The notes beneath the pieces were generated by a model. It did no database searches. It had not been told where the DNA came from and saw only the letters and a list, made by a program, of their open reading frames with translations. From positions 1-53,703 of the forward strand of contig JAGLDR010000092.1 of NCBI GenBank assembly GCA_023145475.1: 53,703 nt of DNA. The letters run 5' to 3'. Positions 51,016 to 53,703 of this stretch are shown one piece after another. The position numbers were made by a program, and so were the translations under genes. The DNA comes from a bacterium (lineage in GTDB: Bacteria > UBP6 > UBA1177 > JAGLDR01). Position 1 is the first letter of the stretch, and each line of letters begins with the position of its first letter.

Positions 51016-52353
51016 TTATAGCAAAAAAGAGGGAAGTAAAGAGAGGAAATATGGAGGAAGATAGTAAAGCTTACATCCATTTATCTGTTTAATTTGAGGA
51101 AACCCCGCGTACATAACAATACCTTCAGAAAGCTTAGATTCGTTCAGAAAACTAAGAAGCTGCGTGATAGATTTCTGATTTATTGTGGCTGACAGTTTCA
51201 CTTCAATTGGAAGCAGCCTGTCACCATAAACAGCAACAAAATCAAGCTCATTCCTAACTTTGTTGTTTGTTTTATAGGGAAAAATATTATGAATGGTTTT
51301 CACATCTGAGATAAGATTTTGCATGACAGAATTTTCAAATAGTTGTGCAACAAAAGGAGAGGTAGTCTTTATTGAAATAGGAAAAAGGTGGTTAATCAAG
51401 AAATTCATAACTCCCGTATCATAAAGGTATTTCTTTGAATTATATCCTTTTTTTGATGTCTTCTGCTTGGTTTCAGTTGCAAGAACATAAATGAGATGCC
51501 ACGATACAAGAGATTCAACAACTTCAGGTAGTATTGTTCGGTAATTGGGAGAATCAGTAGACAGCAGAGAGCTGTTTGTTGTTGGAAATGCAACTCTCTC
51601 TCCGATAGTTTTCATAACATGACCAACAAGAGAGCCGTATTGCACACTTCTTCTCCGTAGAGAGTTAGTACTTGAAATAAATCTATCCGCATCACGATAG
51701 AGATTGTTGAGAAGTGACTCAAAAATCAGAGGAATATTCTCTCCATCGTTAAATGCATTGACAATTCCCGGAAGACCCCCGTATTGCATAAAAATACCAT
51801 ACTCTTCCATAAGAATATTATGTATGTTTTCATCAAATTTACCACTTCCATCACTTTCAAATGTAACCAACCCTAGATATCCCTCTTTTTTTCTAAATCG
51901 TAAAAATTCTCGAAAGGAGAGTGGTCGACACACCAGCTCGACAACACGACCAACCGGCATTGGAACATTTTCTGAAAAAAGATTAGAAAGAATTGAGCCA
52001 AGCAGAATAATTTTCTGGTTTTTCCATTTGCGGTGTATCTCCATGATGAAAAGTCCAAGTGTATGTGATGCCTGAGCCTCGTCAATAATCAGCAGAGTGC
52101 CACTGTTTGGGGTAAAGCCGAAAAACTGAAATAGGTACTTTTCAAATAACTCAAAAGATGAAGCTTTTTTCAATGCAATAATTTCCGGCGATTCATCCCA
52201 AAAATTAAGCAAAAGAGAGGGATAACGCAAGGCAATCTGTTCAACAATTGTTGTCTTCCCTGTCTGTCTTGCTCCAGACAAAAGAATAATATCGTGTGAC
52301 GATGAATTCAACTGTTCAACAATACTGCTTTCAATCTCTCTTTTGATGTACAT
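51016..52353 (-). CDS. AAA+ ATPase with a DUF4143-type, PD-(D/E)xK-like C-terminal domain
   Basis: 445 aa with Walker A (LLSGARQTGKTTIV) and Walker B (LLIIDEAQ). The C-terminal segment ELDFVAVYGDRLLPIEVKLS fits a D...ExK nuclease-fold motif. GGGAGG lies upstream of the ATG. Confidence 0.8.
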   Translation of the reverse strand: MYIKREIESSIVEQLNSSSHDIILLSGARQTGKTTIVEQIALRYPSLLLNFWDESPEIIALKKASSFELFEKYLFQFFGFTPNSGTLLIIDEAQASHTLGLFIMEIHRKWKNQKIILLGSILSNLFSENVPMPVGRVVELVCRPLSFREFLRFRKKEGYLGLVTFESDGSGKFDENIHNILMEEYGIFMQYGGLPGIVNAFNDGENIPLIFESLLNNLYRDADRFISSTNSLRRRSVQYGSLVGHVMKTIGERVAFPTTNSSLLSTDSPNYRTILPEVVESLVSWHLIYVLATETKQKTSKKGYNSKKYLYDTGVMNFLINHLFPISIKTTSPFVAQLFENSVMQNLISDVKTIHNIFPYKTNNKVRNELDFVAVYGDRLLPIEVKLSATINQKSITQLLSFLNESKLSEGIVMYAGFPQIKQINGCKLYYLPPYFLSLLPSFLL

Positions 52354-52398
52354 TTTATCCTCCCGTAACAGTAAAACAGAACAACTTCACTCCTATTA

Positions 52399-52462
52399 TC
52401 GGCGAATTTCGTAATATAGCAACATAAATGTCGGTGAATTTCGTAATATAGTAACATAAATA
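52399..52462. repeat. Tandem 32-bp direct repeat over the ATPase promoter region
   Basis: TCGGCGAATTTCGTAATATAGCAACATAAATG (52399-52430) and TCGGTGAATTTCGTAATATAGTAACATAAATA (52431-52462) share 29/32 positions. An inverted copy of the core, AATTACGAA, lies at 52478-52486. On the minus strand the proximal copy supplies TTGCTA, a 17-nt spacer, then ATAATA. Confidence 0.9.
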
Positions 52463-52633
52463 TCCGTCAGTTCTGTCAATTACGAACTAATGAAGGGTGT
52501 CATTGTGGTGTGTTTTTTAACAATATGATGATGTGAATCCGCACGCTCAACGAATCAATTTTAGGATTAATTCTGGTCTTTTCAAAAAGAAGTGTCTACA
52601 ATAGCTCGGCACAAACTTTTAAGGAGATGAGTA

Positions 52634-53401
52634 ATGGATTGGAGCAGTAAAACAGTTATGGTAACCGGGGCAACTGCCGGAATAGGTGCAGCAACAGCAC
52701 TTCGCTTTGCAGAGGCGGGCGCAACACTGATTATCACAGGAAGAAGAAAGCAGCGGTTAGAGACGATGGCAGATGTTTTGACCAGTGCAGGGGCTAATGA
52801 GGTCTATATTCATAGATTTGACATACAGAAAAAAGAGCAGATAGCAGCAGTGGTAAAAAATATAACTGCAGACACACTTTCTGTTGATGTGCTTGTTAAC
52901 AATGCAGGACTTTCACGCAATTTTTCGCCGATGTGGGAAGATAACACAGATGGTTGGGACGATATGATTGATACAAATATCAAAGGGCTGTTGCATATGA
53001 CTCGTGCGTTGCTTCCTGGAATGATAGATAAAAACAGCGGACATATTATCAATATTGGTTCAATTGCAGGGCATGAAGTCTATCAGAATGGAGCGGTTTA
53101 TTGTGCCACGAAACATGCAGTTAAAGCGATAACAGCATCACTTCGACTGGATTTATTTAAGACAAACATCCGTGTTACCTCGATAGATCCAGGTCTTGTT
53201 GAAACAGAGTTTAGTGAAGTTCGCTTTTATGGTGACAAAGAGCGTGCCGAAACTGTTTATAAAGGATTTCAACCGTTAACAGCTGCTGATATTGCTGAAT
53301 CGGTTTTTTGGAGTGCTTCAATGCCAGAACATGTGACAATTGCAGAGATGCTGGTTCTCCCAACAGACCAAGCGTCAGCAACGATGGTTTATAAGAAATA
53401 A
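52634..53401 (+). CDS. Short-chain dehydrogenase/reductase (YdfG-like, NADP-dependent)
   Basis: TGATAGIG together with ITGRR (NADP-type), NNAG, and the catalytic S...YCATK. Confidence 0.85.
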   Translation: MDWSSKTVMVTGATAGIGAATALRFAEAGATLIITGRRKQRLETMADVLTSAGANEVYIHRFDIQKKEQIAAVVKNITADTLSVDVLVNNAGLSRNFSPMWEDNTDGWDDMIDTNIKGLLHMTRALLPGMIDKNSGHIINIGSIAGHEVYQNGAVYCATKHAVKAITASLRLDLFKTNIRVTSIDPGLVETEFSEVRFYGDKERAETVYKGFQPLTAADIAESVFWSASMPEHVTIAEMLVLPTDQASATMVYKK

Positions 53402-53474
53402 ACCCAAAAGTAATGTTTGATATTCTTTGAAACCTCGCTGTAATAATAAATTGCAAATAGGGTGCAAAAAAAGT

Positions 53475-53502
53475 TTGACAAACGGACGCTCCTACATAGG
53501 AT
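53475..53502 (+). promoter_or_regulatory. Promoter of the tRNA-Lys/tRNA-Glu pair
   Basis: TTGACA (53475-53480), a 16-nt spacer, then TAGGAT (53497-53502), about 35 nt before tRNA-Lys. Confidence 0.5.
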
Positions 53503-53537
53503 AGTTCGGCAACTTGATTTAACCCATCAGGTTGTGT

Positions 53538-53613
53538 GGGTTGGTAGCTCAGCTGGTAGAGCATCTGACTTTTAATCAGGTGGTCGCGGGTTCGAACCCC
53601 GCCCAACTCACCA
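53538..53613 (+). tRNA. tRNA-Lys (TTT)
   Basis: Hand-folded: GGGTTGGTAGCTCAGCTGGTAGAGCA-TCTGA-CTTTTAA-TCAGG-TGGTCGCGGGTTCGAACCCCGCCCAACTCACCA. It is collinear with E. coli tRNA-Lys. Confidence 0.9.
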
Positions 53614-53620
53614 TTTTGGT

Positions 53621-53695
53621 GACCCATTCGTCTAGTGGTTAGGATTCCGGCCTTTCACGCCGGCGACAGGGGTTCAAGTCCCCTATGGGTCGCCA
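53621..53695 (+). tRNA. tRNA-Glu (TTC)
   Basis: Hand-folded: GACCCATTCGTCTAGTGGTTAGGATT-CCGGC-CTTTCAC-GCCGG-CGACAGGGGTTCAAGTCCCCTATGGGTCGCCA. A T-run follows at 53697-53703. Confidence 0.9.
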
Positions 53696-53703
53696 CTTTT
53701 TTT

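Noticed and set aside
52399-52462. Whether the 32-bp tandem repeat (or the heptamer tract at 6537-6577) could be a CRISPR remnant.
   Set aside because: The copies abut directly with no spacers, there are only two of them (or 7-bp units), and no cas genes are in the window.
51016-53703. A genomic island integrated at the tRNA-Lys/tRNA-Glu genes.
   Set aside because: I could find no integrase, no direct repeat of a tRNA 3' end and no mobility genes. The SDR and gpmI flanks look chromosomal.

Overview
A 53.7 kb, visibly AT-rich chromosomal segment from a diderm bacterium. All calls come from reading the sequence and ORF track by eye (motifs, hand-folded tRNAs and hairpins); no similarity search was run. 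About two thirds is housekeeping. That includes rpsF-rpsR-rplI-dnaB, lepB-der-yihY, rpmH-rnpA-yidD-yidC and hisC. It also includes aroQ, efp, rsmD-coaD-ispE, tRNA-Gln, rplY(ctc)-pth, hppA, a TamB-like/Omp85 pair, a udk-like gene, ychF, gpmI and an SDR. There are five tRNAs: fMet, Gln, Gly, Lys and Glu. The rest encodes envelope or secreted proteins. These are a TonB-dependent-receptor-like barrel with a lipoprotein and ExbD, a secreted metallophosphoesterase, and lipoproteins with poly-acidic linkers. Also present are an SBBP beta-propeller protein, an LRR protein, a Lys/Glu coiled-coil protein, an FHA-TM-polybasic protein and a TSP3-repeat/vWA lipoprotein. The domain repertoire (FHA, TPR, Zn-ribbon, Roadblock-like, TSP3) suggests a Myxococcota/Bdellovibrionota-like lineage, but this is inference only. 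I found no CRISPR array, transposase, integrase, prophage or recognised defence system. The best candidate for an undescribed system is a tightly packed four-gene envelope module at 26464-31879, co-oriented directly behind efp and about 1 kb downstream of an orphan Roadblock/MglB-like gene. It encodes a cytoplasmic TPR protein, a secreted protein, a two-TM sensor-like protein and a Zn-ribbon/TM/coiled-coil/Pro-rich/TPR protein. Unexplained DNA-level structure includes a structured palindromic repeat family with compensatory stem changes, and a 123-bp unit bounded by perfect 17-bp inverted repeats that contains the stop codon of the vWA gene. It also includes a heptanucleotide tandem repeat in a long leader, and a tandem 32-bp repeat over the promoter of a solitary AAA+/PD-(D/E)xK-like ATPase.
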